Shown piece by piece: positions 39,792-50,330 of a stretch of 64,000 nucleotides of DNA; the first letter of the stretch is position 1; each line of letters begins with the position of its first letter. The DNA lies in contig OY970176.1 of NCBI GenBank assembly GCA_963707955.1, forward strand, positions 1,856,001 to 1,920,000, written 5' to 3'. A program made the translations under genes and the position numbers. Origin of the DNA: Candidatus Bathyarchaeota archaeon (GTDB lineage: Archaea; Thermoproteota; Bathyarchaeia; Bathyarchaeales; Bathycorpusculaceae). The notes under the pieces were generated by a model. That model was not told where the DNA came from. It made no database searches and saw only the letters and a list, made by a program, of their open reading frames with translations.

Positions 39792-40143
39792 CCTGCTTCA
39801 ACTGCCGAGATTAGTACAGACTAAGCTTGTCGTCTTTTTATAATACTTTCGATGAGCTGCAAAAAACCTGGCTAATCCCAATACACTGCCGTTTTAGTAA
39901 AAGCCAAGGTTACTCACGAACTAATCCCAAATGAGAATGAGGAACAATTCCAATAGACTTTTCTATTCCTTGAACATTCATACAGCAATACGCGAAAGCC
40001 TAGGAACGCAAAGGTTGAAACGCCAAGCGAAACAGCTTAGGCAACTTTCATCCAGCAAGTAGATTTTGAAAAAATCGCTCATGCAGTTTCTGCGCATTTT
40101 CAGGCTGAAGAATCTATTTAACCTTTCAATTCTGTTCTCTGCG

Positions 40144-42210
40144 TCAGCTAGGGTTGATCTGGTCTACGGTAACATAGTCTAGATACATGTCGGCTGTTCC
40201 TGGAAAACAAACAGCTCTAACTTCGAAGTCAGCGAGGGCCGCACTAGTATGAAATGGGATTGTTACGTTCGTCCACGCCGGTTCTTGGGCAAATTCTGCT
40301 GCAGAGAAATTCTTGGACAATAGAATGTTCTGCCCACTGTCCGTACAAATGTTTACGCCGAACAGTTCGCCAGTTCCGCTGATTTTTACCCTCATCGTTA
40401 TGTTGTAATCTCCGGGTGGCAGAGGAACGCGTGGACCATACCAAAACATCGGAGACTGTCCGAATGATCCGTTGTAGTACAGAACCAAGTCGCTCGTAGA
40501 ATTGGGTGATTTCATGAGCTCTCCACTGTAGAGACTAAGACTGTTGTAATCATACGTGGCATCATAAGGCAAGAGAATAGTAGCGTTGCCGCTATAGTTC
40601 CTCTTGAATAGCACAACGCCGTCGACAGACGCGAGAACGTTGAAGGTAGAATTTTCGTTCATCAACGAGAAAACTACACTGCTTGCAAGGGGGTCTGTTT
40701 TCGTGTCGACGATGAGATAGTCCACCTGACCCAGAATTGCATTAGTAAAATTCTCAACTTCAGCAGCGTGATCATTCCATATTGACGGTATCGTCGGTAT
40801 GACATACGCGTTGCTTCTGCTTGAAACTTGCGGAAAAAGCGCGTTGTCCGCTAACACTGAAGCATTTCCAGGAACATACGCTAGAAGCTGATGTACAAGA
40901 TTGTCCCGCTGAGAAACTGAGCTTACGCCTGAGGATGGGTACAAAATGGCCACAGTAGGGCTCAACGGAGACACGAACAAAAATGCTATGAAACTGAATG
41001 CCAATAATATTGCAAGACGCTTCTCCAAGTCTCTCAGGTTGTTTCCGCCGTTGCTGCCAACCGCGTATATTGCTGTTGGAGCGTATATTGCCGCTATGAA
41101 AATGAACGCTATCACGTAAGCTGGGTACTGGAAGAGAATCGTGTAATACGGTTGATAGTTGGAGAATAGACCAAGTACGAACCAAGGAACCGTGGGCAAC
41201 AAGTAACGCACTTTGAAAAAAGACATAAACGCAAGAGGTCCGAATAAGGCAATTACATAGCTCACTTTCAATGGGATATCGTAGCTGAGAGCGGCTGCCG
41301 CGTTGGCTGGATATCGAAAGAGATAGAAAGGAATCATTATGGGGTTTTGAACGCCGAGAATTCTCCAATTGCTTGCTGCATTGAACGTGGAAATGAATGT
41401 CGGGTTCACTGGGAAAAAGGCGCCTCGAACGACCACGACCACTGCGTACCAAAGAATAGCGAGTGCAATTGTGAAGAATGAAATTAAGAAAAGCGTGTCT
41501 TTGAAGTTTTTCTTCTTCAGTTCCTCCGCCAAGTGTTTTCTATACTGTAGAACCGCAAGCAGGCCGATAAAACCGACGATAAAAGCGGCGTGTTCTTCAC
41601 ACATCAGGGAGAGAAAAATAAAGAGAAAATAGGGCTTCCAGCTTTGCGTCTCGAAAAAATAGAAAACTGAGAAGAAGAACAGCGGCAAAAAGATCTCAAC
41701 ATGGAAGTCAAACCAGTTTATGCCTTGAAGCGCAGGGTAAAGCATGTAGGCCAGTACGAATGAGAGCGCAAAGACTCTGTATTTCCCAACGCGCTTCGCG
41801 AGAGCGTACAAGGGTACCGCTCCTAACGCCAGAACGAATGACTGAATCACGAGCAGCGATTGTGGAGCCGGATAGATAGCATAGAATGGCAAGACAAGAA
41901 AAACGATCGGACTGAAATGTGTCCCGAAGAAGCTGCCAGAAGGATTGACGAGTAGCTCAACCGTTGAGTAGAAGAATCCTCCGTTGTGCAAAGTTGTCCA
42001 AAATGACTGGTTGAAGATTCCGAGATCCCATGCGTAAGTCTCAAATTCGTAGTGCCTAAGTATCGTGAAGTATGATAACAAGACAGTGTATGTTAGAACG
42101 GCCAGCCCAAGAAGAAGGGCACCTACATCGACTTTGTCAAGAACCTTGCGGCCTAGCCATTTCTCAATGTTCTCAAAGCTGACCTTTTTGACAAAGCTGA
42201 ATCCATTCAT
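40144..42210 (-). CDS. DUF2079 membrane protein (probable GT-C fold) with C-terminal beta-sandwich
   Basis: WDLGIFNQ, HFSPI, NWFDFH; start uncertain (42210 or 42303). Confidence 0.8.
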   Translation of the reverse strand: MNGFSFVKKVSFENIEKWLGRKVLDKVDVGALLLGLAVLTYTVLLSYFTILRHYEFETYAWDLGIFNQSFWTTLHNGGFFYSTVELLVNPSGSFFGTHFSPIVFLVLPFYAIYPAPQSLLVIQSFVLALGAVPLYALAKRVGKYRVFALSFVLAYMLYPALQGINWFDFHVEIFLPLFFFSVFYFFETQSWKPYFLFIFLSLMCEEHAAFIVGFIGLLAVLQYRKHLAEELKKKNFKDTLFLISFFTIALAILWYAVVVVVRGAFFPVNPTFISTFNAASNWRILGVQNPIMIPFYLFRYPANAAAALSYDIPLKVSYVIALFGPLAFMSFFKVRYLLPTVPWFVLGLFSNYQPYYTILFQYPAYVIAFIFIAAIYAPTAIYAVGSNGGNNLRDLEKRLAILLAFSFIAFLFVSPLSPTVAILYPSSGVSSVSQRDNLVHQLLAYVPGNASVLADNALFPQVSSRSNAYVIPTIPSIWNDHAAEVENFTNAILGQVDYLIVDTKTDPLASSVVFSLMNENSTFNVLASVDGVVLFKRNYSGNATILLPYDATYDYNSLSLYSGELMKSPNSTSDLVLYYNGSFGQSPMFWYGPRVPLPPGDYNITMRVKISGTGELFGVNICTDSGQNILLSKNFSAAEFAQEPAWTNVTIPFHTSAALADFEVRAVCFPGTADMYLDYVTVDQINPS

Positions 42211-42554
42211 GGTCTTGCTCTCATCTTTGCTGTGCACTTCTAAAGGAGGCGGTGAAACTACTAGCACTGTCCCCCTTTTTCTCACTTTCTCTTGTCTGTT
42301 CAACGATCAAGTGGAAACAATGGACATATGCATCTGTTTGGCAGACATTGCGTATTTTGACCGAGTTTATGTGCGAGTATGATAAGTTCTTCATGCGCAT
42401 CTGCAATACGTGCTTTCTAGTCCTCCCATGGGCTTTAGTCTGAGATTGATAATCTGCTTGCTTTTGTTTACACCCATGTTACCGATGTAACAGTCTATGC
42501 TGACTCAGTTGGTAAGAATGTAAATTGTACGTTGGATTTAGAAGCGTCGGGTAT

Positions 42555-43298
42555 TCAGTATTTTCTGTTCAAAGAAAGAATGTATGAAAGAAAATCTCTT
42601 ATCTCGTTGATGCTTAGCTTTGATTTGCCCTTCTTTCTGTTAAGAAAAACGATTGGCGCTTCTCTTATCCTGAAGCCTCTTGCGTTGGCTTGCCTTATCG
42701 TCTCAATCTGTATTTCATAGGTCTGACTGTGCAAGTCGTTTATTATTCCTCTAACCAGCTTGGTGGAGTAACAGCGCATTCCGCTGGTGTAGTCAGATAT
42801 CTTGGCGTCCACTCTTAGCTTCGTGATGAGGTTTGCGACTTTGCTTATTAGCAAGCGCGCTATACTCCACTCTCGTGTACCGCCGCCTTGACAGTACCTG
42901 CTTCCAACGACGAGGTCGCATCCTTCTTGCATAGGAGCCAAGAGCTTGGGTATCTCTTGAGGGTTATGTGAGTAGTCAGCGTCCATCGTGATTATACATT
43001 TGGGAGGTTTTTTCACCGACAAGAAGATCCTAAACCCGGCAGTAATTGCAGTCCCAAGTCCTAGTTTCTTGCTCCTAACGAGAAGCAAAACGTTGCTGTA
43101 TTTCCTCTGGAGCTTTCTGACAAGGTCGGCTGTCCCGTCGGGACTCGAATCATCGATAACCAGTATTGAGACGTTCAGGCTTGAATTCTCCAGTTCAAGA
43201 ATCAGCTTTTCAATGTTGGCCGCTTCGCAATACGTCGGGAGTATTATCCCGATTTCAGAACTAACCTTGAGGTTTCCCTCTACGTGCGAAGACTCCAT
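42555..43298 (-). CDS. polyprenol/dolichol-phosphate mannose synthase-like GT2
   Basis: PTYCE, DDSSPDGT, MDADYSH, GSRY. Confidence 0.9.
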   Translation of the reverse strand: MESSHVEGNLKVSSEIGIILPTYCEAANIEKLILELENSSLNVSILVIDDSSPDGTADLVRKLQRKYSNVLLLVRSKKLGLGTAITAGFRIFLSVKKPPKCIITMDADYSHNPQEIPKLLAPMQEGCDLVVGSRYCQGGGTREWSIARLLISKVANLITKLRVDAKISDYTSGMRCYSTKLVRGIINDLHSQTYEIQIETIRQANARGFRIREAPIVFLNRKKGKSKLSINEIRDFLSYILSLNRKY

Positions 43299-43376
43299 TA
43301 GTGTCTATTCACCTTTCAAAGATAGCGTTCATTTGTCGCACTGGATATATAAGGTATGCTGCACTCTAGTCTGCTT

Positions 43377-44417
43377 TCACTGGCTCTTTCCAGCGCTCTT
43401 AAGCCTAATCCGGTAGTAAGCTAACGGGTGGCGTACTCTTCTGCACACCTCGTCTGGGTCTGTACATATGCCATGCGTTTGCAGAGTGTCACATCTCGGT
43501 GGGATGTACCGCGTTCTCGAGCCTGTTTCGCCGGCGATGTGTTCCACTTGGTAACGGGTCATTTTTTCGTTGAAGTCCGAAATGTTCTTGAAGAGGTCAA
43601 TGACGTTTTGCGAGGGCATTCCGATGTTTATGAGGAACGAGGTCAAGGCGAACCTTCCCACGTGTGAGATGTGGCGTCCAGATGAGAACGCCAAGTACAG
43701 CGCTGCTATGCATGGTGGGAATGCTGTTTGAACCATAACCTTCGGAAATTCTTCTATCTCGGCCTTGCCTATCTTCTCAGCTGAGAGCTTCATTATTCTT
43801 TCTGCCACGTTCATTATTTTCTTCGGAAACTCAGGCAGTTCCTTTACTTCTAGTCTTTCTTCTATATGCCTGCGCGCTTCTTCGCTCAACAATCTAGATG
43901 TTTCGTTTCCAGATAAGAAAACGGTTCCGTTGGACAAGACCCGGTTGACGAGCTTCCACTTCTTGTCGCGCAGATGAGTTGTGCTTCTCAGATAATCTTG
44001 AAAGTTTACTGCGAATTCGAGCGGGGACACGTTTCGTTGGCTGAGGGCCAGTTTCCATCCTAAGTCTGTTGCGATTTCGAGAATTTGATCTCTGTTTTCT
44101 TCTTTGAGGTCTTCGTATATCCGCTTTGCTTCGGCGAGAGCGTACCTTTTCTTGATGAAGGAATTTCCAGTTGCAACCGTCAGCATTATTGCAGCTGGAA
44201 AGGACAAAATTTCGATTTCTTCGTTGCGTGTCTTTCTGCCAACAAGCGTGTACAAAATGGCGTCCGCAACTCTCTCTTCGGCACGTTCGAGGACTCTTTC
44301 AAGTTCAGGGTTTGCTAGGTCCTCAATCTTCACGTTGAGTTTCTTTACATATTCCGTGGTTTCTTTGAGAAAAGGATATTTTGCCAGGTCGCTTTTTGCG
44401 AATCTTCCCGTGGTCAT
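43377..44417 (-). CDS. priL: DNA primase large subunit
   Basis: KYPF, FPPCI, H.GRF, YQVEHIAG, Fe-S cysteines, HPLAYY. Confidence 0.94.
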   Translation of the reverse strand: MTTGRFAKSDLAKYPFLKETTEYVKKLNVKIEDLANPELERVLERAEERVADAILYTLVGRKTRNEEIEILSFPAAIMLTVATGNSFIKKRYALAEAKRIYEDLKEENRDQILEIATDLGWKLALSQRNVSPLEFAVNFQDYLRSTTHLRDKKWKLVNRVLSNGTVFLSGNETSRLLSEEARRHIEERLEVKELPEFPKKIMNVAERIMKLSAEKIGKAEIEEFPKVMVQTAFPPCIAALYLAFSSGRHISHVGRFALTSFLINIGMPSQNVIDLFKNISDFNEKMTRYQVEHIAGETGSRTRYIPPRCDTLQTHGICTDPDEVCRRVRHPLAYYRIRLKSAGKSQ

Positions 44418-44436
44418 CTGCTCTTCGTTTTTCGTC

Positions 44437-45201
44437 TCATTCTGTCTCTATTCTCGGCGCTAGGAAGAACGTTAGTTTTCCTTCTTTTGCCTGCTGGAAA
44501 TCCAGCCTTATGGGCATGTCCGAAGAGAATTCGAGTGTAGCTATGTCCGACGTTGCAGATGCCGCCTTTATTATCTCTGTCAGGTAACTGAGGCTGAAGG
44601 TTGCTTTCTGCGCTTCCTTAGCTTCTAGGTCCAGCAGCATGTCGCTTCCTTTTTGCAGAGTGATAGTTGCACCCATGAGGTCGCCCGACGCGTTGAAAAC
44701 CAGTTTTTCAGGGTCTGCTTCAATCTTAACATGGTCGCTTACGAGTTGAGCGTCCTCTATCGCTTGGCTCAAGCCTTCAGTCGTAGCCTTTGCTTTCACG
44801 TTGAAGGTGATCTTCGGCGTTGGCACTTCTTCTTCTGAGGCTTCAAGCGTGGGCATCGTAAAGTTTCGCGTGTATTTTCCCGCCATTGCGATTTGTAGAC
44901 GCCCCGTTTTTTCGTCAAGAGAAAGCTCCACTGTTTCGCCCTTGCCTGCTCTTTTGAGAAGTTTCAGCAGTTCTGTTATGTTGATGCACATTTTTGTCGG
45001 CTCAGTACACACGTATTCCTCGAAGACGGTTTTGGGCCATTCGAAGTCGATCATGGCGACTCGTGAAGGATCCATCGCTCTAAGCTTCAAGCCGTCCTGG
45101 TCGAGCTTGAACGTGGCTTCGTCCACGAGGATGGAAATAGACGTGATCATGTCCCTCAGAAGTCTGGCATCAGCTACTTTGAGTTTGAACACCGAGATCA
45201 C
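44437..45201 (-). CDS. pcn: DNA sliding clamp PCNA
   Basis: LRAMDPSRVAMI, FSLSYL, FFLAPRIE. Confidence 0.96.
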   Translation of the reverse strand: MISVFKLKVADARLLRDMITSISILVDEATFKLDQDGLKLRAMDPSRVAMIDFEWPKTVFEEYVCTEPTKMCINITELLKLLKRAGKGETVELSLDEKTGRLQIAMAGKYTRNFTMPTLEASEEEVPTPKITFNVKAKATTEGLSQAIEDAQLVSDHVKIEADPEKLVFNASGDLMGATITLQKGSDMLLDLEAKEAQKATFSLSYLTEIIKAASATSDIATLEFSSDMPIRLDFQQAKEGKLTFFLAPRIETE

Positions 45202-45355
45202 CTTTGTATCGGATATGCTCGGTGGCTAATAAAAGACTTTACACACTTAAGCATGACGCTGAGCGAAAGAATCATGCGCTAGTTGCCTCATTACTAGACT
45301 CGGTTGTTGTGCCTGCAATGTTGTAGAGGATTTATTCCGAACCGCTACTTCTTTA

Positions 45356-45736
45356 TCAGACTACAGCGCGCGCGATGGGTTTCAGCAAAAGAGTTGCGTT
45401 TCTAGGTCTTGCTTGTTTTCTTTGTGTTTTCCTGTATTCTGACTATGTCAGCTAAATGTGGAGTTGATACTTCAAACAATATCGACTCTTTTTTTCCTAT
45501 TATGGTGTGAATAGTCTTTGGAATAGCGTTATGTCCTCGTCTTCTCTTAGCGTGACTGTTTTGTCAGTCAATATGATGTCTACCAGGCCTTTGAAACAGT
45601 AAGTTGTCTCTTTCTTATCCTTATGATAATGTTGAAAGGTGCTCTTGTTTTCTCTAATTATCAGGATTTTTCCACCATACTCTGCTTCTTCAGCTATCCA
45701 AAGCTCCTTGCCCCAATCTTTCAAGATCTGCCTCAA
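45356..45736 (-). pseudogene. cupin (mannose-6-P-isomerase-like) protein, frameshifted
   Basis: WGKELW..EYGGKIL, QHYH..K.ET; second frame continues PKTIHT..LFEVSTPHLADIVRI. Confidence 0.75.
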
Positions 45737-46105
45737 ATACAGCCCTCATACAGGAAATTCTATGGCTAAAGTGTCTTAAAAACTCAAACGTGCATCGATC
45801 GATGGTGTGCAGGTCGTATCAGACTAGACTATTTGTTCAAAAGCTTTGTTTTTGCTTCTTCCTTTTTCTTTGTTCCAGACTTCATCATGGATCGTCCTAA
45901 TAGAATGCCATAGTGCTCGCAAACAACTTCGGAGGAACAGCCCCATAACAAAGACTCTGAAACCCTGTCTCACTTTCTAATGGCTACTTGAGGAGCTAAG
46001 CAATTCGAGGCTCTGACCATCGTCTTTGGGCGCGCCTCAGAGAAAACTAGCTTTCTAAGCTCAGAAGCCACTATTAGAATCTTCCTCTAGCTTGAAAACC
46101 GGAGT

Positions 46106-46459
46106 TCAGCTGTATTCTCTGAATGTGTAGTTGCATTTTGTGCAGCGCAGGAACTGGGTCGAGGACTCGTCTGCGCCTCTTGTCTGCACTTGCCAGACGT
46201 ATGCCAAGTTGTTTCCGCACTTGGGGCATTCGATCCTGACGGTTGGCAACGTTCTCAGTTTCTGTTCTTCCTTTCCTATTACTGCCACAAGCTGCTGTGG
46301 TCTGTGCTGGATCACCTTCGCAACTTTTGGTTCCACTTTTTTGCTAGAAGCGTGTTTTCTATAGCCGCATTTGGGACAAGCCAACATCAATGATCTTTCC
46401 TTTCCCGTCTTCGCTTTTCTCGGTGCGAGTCGAGAACCGCATTTTGGACAAAATTCCAT
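46106..46459 (-). CDS. tfs: transcription factor S (TFS/RpoM)
   Basis: MEFCPKCG; CPKCG...QTRGADE...C..C. Confidence 0.95.
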   Translation of the reverse strand: MEFCPKCGSRLAPRKAKTGKERSLMLACPKCGYRKHASSKKVEPKVAKVIQHRPQQLVAVIGKEEQKLRTLPTVRIECPKCGNNLAYVWQVQTRGADESSTQFLRCTKCNYTFREYS

Positions 46460-46539
46460 CGAAATTTTCACCGCTGTCCGTTTCATTAGCCTTAGCAGAG
46501 TCTCTTTTAAATCTTTTCTCGTTAGAATCAATACCAAGA

Positions 46540-47127
46540 CTAAAGTCTGTTTATACCAGAGGCGATGAGATGGGCCACGCGCAGGGCCTCTGGAACGTTG
46601 CTTCGAGTGGAGGTCAGCTGCACTATCTTCCTCGCATCGTCTTCGAGAATTCCGCAGATTTCCATGAATGCCTTTTCGCCTTTTCTTCTAGTGCTCACTT
46701 CAAAAATCTCTCCCGCGTTCATAATGGCTTTCCACCGTTTCTCGGGCGATCGCAGATTCTTCAACGCCTTGCGTATGTCATCGAAGTCAGGTTTGTTCCT
46801 CGTAACCGCGATTACTGGGAGCCTTGTTTCAGCATTGAGCTTCTTCATGTCAACCACGTTGAAACCGCCAACCGTTATTCCATCGAGCATTATGACTCTT
46901 AACTGCTCGTAATGCGGAGAGTTGACTATCATTGTGGCTATTTTGTCTGTAGCGTCAAAGCCGTCGACTTCGACTTTGGTGCTCATTACTCCGTCGAGCC
47001 AGTATCCTCCGCGAAAAACGACGCCGATGACGGGGGCAGAGCCTCTTGAGTGGGGAATGAAGACTCCGTCATCGACCCCTAGAACACGAATCTCCTGTTT
47101 GATTGCACGGAATTTCTTCAGGGGCAA
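46540..47127 (-). CDS. DUF99 (endonuclease V-like) protein
   Basis: VLGVDD, VDGFDAT, DGITVGGFNVVD, PEALRVAHLIA. Confidence 0.88.
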   Translation of the reverse strand: MPLKKFRAIKQEIRVLGVDDGVFIPHSRGSAPVIGVVFRGGYWLDGVMSTKVEVDGFDATDKIATMIVNSPHYEQLRVIMLDGITVGGFNVVDMKKLNAETRLPVIAVTRNKPDFDDIRKALKNLRSPEKRWKAIMNAGEIFEVSTRRKGEKAFMEICGILEDDARKIVQLTSTRSNVPEALRVAHLIASGINRL

Positions 47128-47215
47128 AACGATTCCTCAAGAGAAGCTCGTGGAAATATGGGGAAAGGAGGCGTTATAAGCTTAGTGAAGAATACTCCTG
47201 ACTGGAGGCTGTAAC

Positions 47216-47620
47216 TTGACCAAAGGTTGTAGAGCGCTTTGTTTTGCATGGCCTCGCAGAAACCTTAACGAAGTCCTGATTGATCACGCGTTGGCGTCCC
47301 TTGGAGATTCATACGTGAATTTTGTTTACTCACTTGCCATATCCAATAGAAAGGGCAGCCTCTTGGGCACAAAGGTGAAAGGAAGCGTTCTGGCGGAGGC
47401 TCTGAGGAAGGCTGGGCTTAGAGAATCTTTGCCGTCAGGAATGTTGAGACACGGCTTGCTGATGGCGGAGAAGCATTGATAGTTTATGCTTGGCTCAGCG
47501 CTGGGTCAGCTTGGACGAAAGTGTGGCGATGATTGGGAGGAAGAGTGATCCTGTTGAGGGCCTAAGCGAGACTGCTTGCAAATATAAAAGGCAGAATCAC
47601 TTTTCCTTGAGGCTTTTGGC
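47216..47620 (+). pseudogene. archaeal mini-RNase III-like protein, multiply frameshifted
   Basis: LASLGDSYVNFVYSLA, KV...LAEAL; LADGGEALIVYAWL in another frame. Confidence 0.72.
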
Positions 47621-47881
47621 TAGCTCTTTGCCGAATTCTTTGTTTATGGTCCGCGTTTTTTCTATAGCATTCCGCAATACTTGCTCAGGCTTCATTTTGC
47701 CCTTCGTGCGCACATAGATTATTGGGTTCGAAGCTAAAGGATGCGGGATGTCATAGCCGGCCATGTCTACGCTGTCCTCCTCCAAGAGCTCTTTTTGCAG
47801 CAGGTTGCAAATCGTGTGGCCGGCGCCTTCCACTTCGATCTTGAGCTCGTTTGAGGTCTTTTTGAGCACGTTAACTTTCAT
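47597..47881 (-). CDS. rpoL: RNA polymerase subunit L (Rpo11)
   Basis: GHTICNLL, AGYDIPHPL. Confidence 0.94.
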   Translation of the reverse strand: MKVNVLKKTSNELKIEVEGAGHTICNLLQKELLEEDSVDMAGYDIPHPLASNPIIYVRTKGKMKPEQVLRNAIEKTRTINKEFGKELAKSLKEK

Positions 47882-48485
47882 TTTCCTCTTCACCCTTCCT
47901 GCGCTCGATTAATCCTTTTCCATAGTCTGCTGCGGTCTTGCGTCTCTCAAGCCGCCCACACTTTGGGCAGTGCATGCCTTGTCTTCTCTGTTCGAGTAGC
48001 GTTCCACAGTTTGAGCAGAAAGCATAGATCACGCCTAAATTTCTGTCCTTGGTCGACAGATGGTAGGTTCTGTTCTTTTCGCTGATCACCTTTGCCCTTA
48101 CGATGTCGCCGGGCTTGCACACGTCAAACATCGAATCGACGTACCTCATGTTAGCATCTGAGATGTGTAGTATGCCCATGAAACCGCTGGAAACTTCCTC
48201 GGCGTCTATTTCAAAAATGCGCATTCCTGCGGTTTCAGACTGCGCGCTTGCAACTTGCCCCACAACGGTGCTTCCTGTAATGGGCACCTTTGCCCCGTGG
48301 GTCAATTGATGAACTGTGACACGTTTGTGTGCCAGATCGATCAAGACGCGGCCGACGACTTTGGAATAGATCACTCCGTCTTTCACGAATGTTCCGGCAT
48401 CGGGAGTGAACTCTTCGATCACGCCTAGGCGTTCGCCTGGCAAGGCCAGTTGACCAGTCTTAGGTTCGGTGGACTTTGCACTCAT
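47871..48485 (-). CDS. csl4: exosome RNA-binding protein Csl4
   Basis: PGERLGVIEEF, GDIVRAKV, LGVIYAFC..C, C..CG..E.RK. Confidence 0.93.
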   Translation of the reverse strand: MSAKSTEPKTGQLALPGERLGVIEEFTPDAGTFVKDGVIYSKVVGRVLIDLAHKRVTVHQLTHGAKVPITGSTVVGQVASAQSETAGMRIFEIDAEEVSSGFMGILHISDANMRYVDSMFDVCKPGDIVRAKVISEKNRTYHLSTKDRNLGVIYAFCSNCGTLLEQRRQGMHCPKCGRLERRKTAADYGKGLIERRKGEEENES

Positions 48486-48603
48486 TGGAAATCCCTGTTC
48501 ATCGCTAAGTTGGCTCGCACGTCAGATGCTTGCGCATTGCTGAGCGTGCCGTCAACTAAACAGTTATAACTGTTCTTTCTACGCTTATCAATAAACCTTT
48601 TGA

Positions 48604-49311
48604 TTAGCGCGCATCATGAACAGGTTGCCTTCTGTGCACGACGTACAGGTCGACTAGAAACTCATGCCTCTCTTCTGTGTGGAAGCTGAACATGTGTGGG
48701 AGAGTCATTAACAAGGCATAAACAGCTTCTATTCTTCCACCGTTTTCTTCGATGAACTTTTTCATGAAAGAAGACGGGGGAACCGCGACCGCACCATCGC
48801 TGCTCTTTCTCAGTCTCTTGGCAAACGTCGAATCTCCACGGGGCCTTTTGTGAAGAGAATAGGCGACTCTTCCCAATTCTAAGGCTTTGGCTAGAAACTT
48901 TCTGTCAGCCCCTCTTTTTTGAACTCCGAAGGGCGGGTTCTCTAGAACCGTGTCAAAACATCCTCGAACAGAATCAACGTCTGCAACAACCCACTGCGTC
49001 CTCTCCTTCACACCTGTTGCCACAGCGCTTTCAAAGGCCGCTTTCACTGCAGTTTTGTCCAGATCTACGCCTACAACCTCTTTCGCGCCTAATAGAGCAG
49101 CTCCGATGGCCAGCCTGCCCGTGCCGCAACCCAGGTCCAAAACGGTCCTGTCAACGATGTCCCCGTTTGAGTAGGCAGCAATGTAAAGCATCGTTGCCGC
49201 CGTGTCAGCTGAAATGGTGTACTGCTCAAAGTTAGGTGTGGGCGCAGGGTGAGGCTTGATTTTTGAGAGCATCATCTCTAATTCTAGTTTTCGAGCAAAC
49301 CTCTTTTGCAT
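48604..49311 (-). CDS. METTL5-family RNA adenine methyltransferase
   Basis: EQY, DLGCGTG, NPPFG, YSLH. Confidence 0.9.
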   Translation of the reverse strand: MQKRFARKLELEMMLSKIKPHPAPTPNFEQYTISADTAATMLYIAAYSNGDIVDRTVLDLGCGTGRLAIGAALLGAKEVVGVDLDKTAVKAAFESAVATGVKERTQWVVADVDSVRGCFDTVLENPPFGVQKRGADRKFLAKALELGRVAYSLHKRPRGDSTFAKRLRKSSDGAVAVPPSSFMKKFIEENGGRIEAVYALLMTLPHMFSFHTEERHEFLVDLYVVHRRQPVHDAR

Positions 49312-50285
49312 AATTCTTCCCAGGGCAGTTCACCAACGACGACTAAGGTTTCATTCTTGGTCAAAATTGGCTTTCGGAAATTGGCGGAGTCATCAAGAGA
49401 AATTCTTGGGCAGGCCGTGTTGACGAACGCGTCGATCGTTGGAAATTCCATGAGTGCTTCTGGGGTGATTTCTCTAGCTGCTAGGAGATATGCTGTCTTC
49501 CCGTTCCCTTCAAGCTTCTCTTTGACCTGCAGAGCTTCTTCGAGCCTTCTCTGTCCAGGCTTTATCCCAAGCAGAACCCCGAAGTTCTTCGCTTCCTTTG
49601 CGTCTTCTATCATAGCCCATCGCTGCTTGAAGATTTTCTCCGCTTCTTTGTCAACAGAAAACGAAGTGTCATCGAAGGGGTCAGCAACAACTGTTGGCTT
49701 TGAGGTTGAAAGAGCCACGCCCAAAGCGTGGAATTGTCCTCCGCCGATGACGAGAAAAGCTTCAACATCCTTCGCTATCGAGATCGCGTTGCTGTAGTCG
49801 CACCCTATGACCTGGCCAGGATAGTTTAAGCGTCTGGTGTCGCCTACCATAACGGTCTTGCCTGAGCGAACGAGGGTTTCTCTGACTTCGTCGAGGGTTT
49901 GAACGTGTTGAACGGTTGTAGCCAACCCTATGTTATGCCATTTCTTCAGCAGCGGGAGAGCCTTTTCGACAGCAGAGTTTACGTTAACGGCTGCACGGGC
50001 TTCAACGTAAAGTGTTGGAACGCGTTCATACCTAACGATCTTTGAGTGTCCATAATGGATTATCAAGTCTACGCCCAAGCTTTCAGCTTCAGCTATCGCC
50101 AAATCGCACGCACCATAGCAAGGGTCTGCAGAGACTATGGGTAGCACACCGAACTTTTCGACGGTCTTTGCGATGTGTGGAGCTTCGGGTTTTAAGCCCT
50201 CCGGGAGTTGGATCAGGACGCGTTTTGCGCCGAGTTTGAGAATTTCCTGTTTGACCCTCTCCTCTTCTAGGTCAAACTGTCTCAT
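49284..50285 (-). CDS. dph2: diphthamide biosynthesis enzyme Dph2
   Basis: QLPEGLK, CYGACD, HYGH, QVIGC, TACPR. Confidence 0.95.
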   Translation of the reverse strand: MRQFDLEEERVKQEILKLGAKRVLIQLPEGLKPEAPHIAKTVEKFGVLPIVSADPCYGACDLAIAEAESLGVDLIIHYGHSKIVRYERVPTLYVEARAAVNVNSAVEKALPLLKKWHNIGLATTVQHVQTLDEVRETLVRSGKTVMVGDTRRLNYPGQVIGCDYSNAISIAKDVEAFLVIGGGQFHALGVALSTSKPTVVADPFDDTSFSVDKEAEKIFKQRWAMIEDAKEAKNFGVLLGIKPGQRRLEEALQVKEKLEGNGKTAYLLAAREITPEALMEFPTIDAFVNTACPRISLDDSANFRKPILTKNETLVVVGELPWEELCKRGLLEN

Positions 50286-50330
50286 GCGAACACACCCTAA
50301 GTCATGGGCAGGAATGAGCCGAGGTAACTC

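Noticed and set aside
40007-40020. CGCAAAGGTTGAAA (and 13299-13311) resembling part of the 89-bp repeat
   Set aside because: Too short to distinguish from chance without a genome-wide count.
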